Shown: one piece after another, positions 62,643 through 64,000 of the stretch | Position numbering within the stretch: the first letter of the stretch is position 1 | Layout: each line of letters begins with the position of its first letter | Assembly: GCA_030065575.1 (NCBI GenBank) | Contig: JASJDZ010000001.1 | Location: 209,884 to 273,883 of the forward strand | Length of the DNA stretch: 64,000 bases | Reading direction: 5' to 3' | Source: Acidimicrobiia bacterium | GTDB lineage: Bacteria > Actinomycetota > Acidimicrobiia > Spongiisociales > UBA5794 | Made by a program: the position numbers and the translations under genes | Notes under the pieces: generated by a model | The model's input: only the letters and a program-made list of their open reading frames with translations | What the model was told of the DNA's origin: nothing | The model's database searches: none

Positions 62643-62741
62643 GGAGTCCCGTTCCATTGGTCTTCTCGGCCAGCGGCTGTCCTACCTGTCCCATCCAGAC
62701 CATCCTGATCATGCTGCGTTGGGTAGAAGATCGGGTAGAAG
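62643..62741. repeat. intergenic repeat 'A-prime'
   Basis: See 59388..59485. It lies 39 nt downstream of repeat B-prime (62603). Confidence 0.85.
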
Positions 62742-62816
62742 TCTCGTACAAGGATCACCGCCCCACGGCCTAGCCAGGACCCCTTGCCGAGAGAGTCACG
62801 TCACTCGCAATCGCGG

Positions 62817-64000
62817 CTAGTGGTCTCCCGGGACGTAGTCGACGGGTGCCCCAAACGGAACGCTGTCACGCTGCAAGGACATCATCAGCTCCCGAACCTT
62901 CGGCATGAACACCTCGTACAGAACCCATGAGTGGACGTCCTGATAGTTGTACGGCGTGTCCTCATCGGGGTTCACGGTGAGGTTGTAGATGTGGGGCGTT
63001 GCCAGCTTCAGGATGGGATCGGGTCCGCTCTCGACCTTGTGGGTCAGCACTTTGAAGTTCTTGTAACGCATGCCTACATGCACTCCATCGAAGAACATGT
63101 GGAAATGGTCGCGTTTCGACTCCTCGCTCACCCCGGCGAGAAACGCCGACTGGTCAAAGCCGTCCATCGTGCGGTCAGTCGGTACTGCGTCCGGTTCGCC
63201 GATGAGGTGCAGGAGTGTTGGGAACCAGTCGAGGACATGAATCATTTCGTCGGATTGGCGTGGCTCAATCTTCCCCGGCCACCTGACAATCCCGATGGTG
63301 CGATTGTTGCCCTCGTAGGTCGAGAAGTACCCGCCCCGCCAATTGCCGGGTGCGCTTCTGTTGTTGGGTGCGTGGAATGAGGTGTCGCGGCCATTGTCGC
63401 CGGCAACGATCACGATGGTGTCATCAGTGATGCCCAAGTCGTCGATCTTGGTGAGCAATCTTCCGAAATCGGCGTCGAGCATCTGCAGGCAATCCGGCAC
63501 GGCTCCGCCCTTGCTAGAGCCTTCGAATTCAGTCCTGGGAAGGGTGGGGAGATGAACGTTGGAGTGGTTGAAGTAGATGAAGAACGGATCGTCGGCCGCA
63601 GCAGAGTCCTCTATCCATGACTCGGCCTTCTCGAGGAACTCGAGATCGATGTCACGCCGCACGTCAGCATCGAGCACCTTGACCTTGCGCAGATCGCCGG
63701 GGCCTGACGATTCGAGGATGTGAGCGGGTTCGATGTCCTCGTCCCGGAACCACGGGTCCTGCGGCCACATGGCCTTGTCCCATGAACCATTGATGCCGTA
63801 CCAGTAGTCGAATCCCTTGTCGGTTGGATACCGCCCGTCGTCTTCGCCGATGTGCCACTTTCCATAGATAGCATTCCGGTATCCAAGATCCTTCAGTCGC
63901 TCAGCGATGGTGGCCTCCCAGGCCACGACCCCGGCTCCTGGGAAGGCATTGGTGCATCCGGTGCGAGCGGAGTATCGCCCGGTCATCAGAGCCGAGCGTG
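62817..64000 (-). CDS. Cys-type sulfatase paralogue (5' end outside window)
   Basis: Collinear with sulfatase 1 ('RLKDLGYRNAIYGKWHIG', 'GFDYWYG'). The frame stays open to the window edge ('...RSALMTGRYSARTG'). Confidence 0.9.
   Translation of the reverse strand, partial: RSALMTGRYSARTGCTNAFPGAGVVAWEATIAERLKDLGYRNAIYGKWHIGEDDGRYPTDKGFDYWYGINGSWDKAMWPQDPWFRDEDIEPAHILESSGPGDLRKVKVLDADVRRDIDLEFLEKAESWIEDSAAADDPFFIYFNHSNVHLPTLPRTEFEGSSKGGAVPDCLQMLDADFGRLLTKIDDLGITDDTIVIVAGDNGRDTSFHAPNNRSAPGNWRGGYFSTYEGNNRTIGIVRWPGKIEPRQSDEMIHVLDWFPTLLHLIGEPDAVPTDRTMDGFDQSAFLAGVSEESKRDHFHMFFDGVHVGMRYKNFKVLTHKVESGPDPILKLATPHIYNLTVNPDEDTPYNYQDVHSWVLYEVFMPKVRELMMSLQRDSVPFGAPVDYVPGDH

Noticed and set aside
62479-62751. 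Minus-strand ORFs over repeats A/B (59229..59489, 60878..61168, 62479..62751) share peptide stretches and could be gene fragments.
   Set aside because: Differences between copies are non-conservative (T/M, R/M, E/G). There are no start or RBS signals, and no family resemblance. They are better explained as non-coding repeats.
1-64000. Scanned by eye for CRISPR arrays, tRNA/rRNA genes, IS transposases, integrases and prophage genes.
   Set aside because: No regularly spaced short repeats, no tRNA-like cloverleaf candidates in intergenic regions, and no transposase or integrase motifs were found. A computational scan (tRNAscan-SE, Infernal, ISEScan) would be needed to be definitive.

Overview
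This is a GC-rich bacterial chromosomal segment (roughly two-thirds G+C by eye, not computed). Its gene content looks actinobacterial: two SARP/BTAD regulators, TadE/TadG pseudopilins, a deazaflavin (F420)-type DDN-family reductase, ECF sigma operons and two-domain GNATs. That lineage call is an inference. All domain calls come from motif and pattern recognition on the translated ORFs; no searches were run.

I support about 60 protein-coding genes, densely packed, many with ATGA/GTGA start-stop overlaps. I saw no rRNA, tRNA, CRISPR array, transposase or integrase. Many long ORFs antisense to real genes are treated as GC-driven shadow ORFs.

Most notable observations:
1. A microbial rhodopsin (4878..5690) carries the N-D-Q motif of Na+-pumping rhodopsins (KR2-like). 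No retinal or carotenoid genes lie nearby.
2. A co-directional cluster (25375..30354) encodes a membrane-anchored PKD+CotH kinase, a secreted-domain+DUF4956 membrane protein, a VTC/CYTH polyphosphate-polymerase-like protein and an (alpha/alpha)6 glycosidase. To my knowledge this gene trio has no assigned function.
3. A 1184-aa one-component protein (15419..18973) fuses wHTH-BTAD, an nSTAND P-loop NTPase, one TM helix and an extracytoplasmic BMP/PnrA-type binding domain.
4. A lower-GC class-II Fic cassette is bracketed by 59-nt (extended about 94-nt) direct repeats between two paralogous sulfatases. A second 98-nt repeat pair lies nearby.
5. There are several non-coding repeat families. One is a 48-nt imperfect palindrome in 3 copies, two of which bracket a DUF559 gene. 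Another is a 2 x 70-bp tandem repeat made of hairpins. A third is a set of terminators sharing a CCCCCTGC...GCAGGGGG core.
6. A 58-aa ribbon-helix-helix ORF sits downstream of an SPFH gene and is absent from the ORF track. A 30-nt near-perfect palindromic operator candidate lies upstream of that operon.
7. A photolyase-family protein has apparently permuted domain order and sits next to a DUF2256-DUF3253 fusion.
8. Decay products are present: a twice-frameshifted acyltransferase-3 gene, an HTH-less TetR and a YdeI-paralogue remnant.
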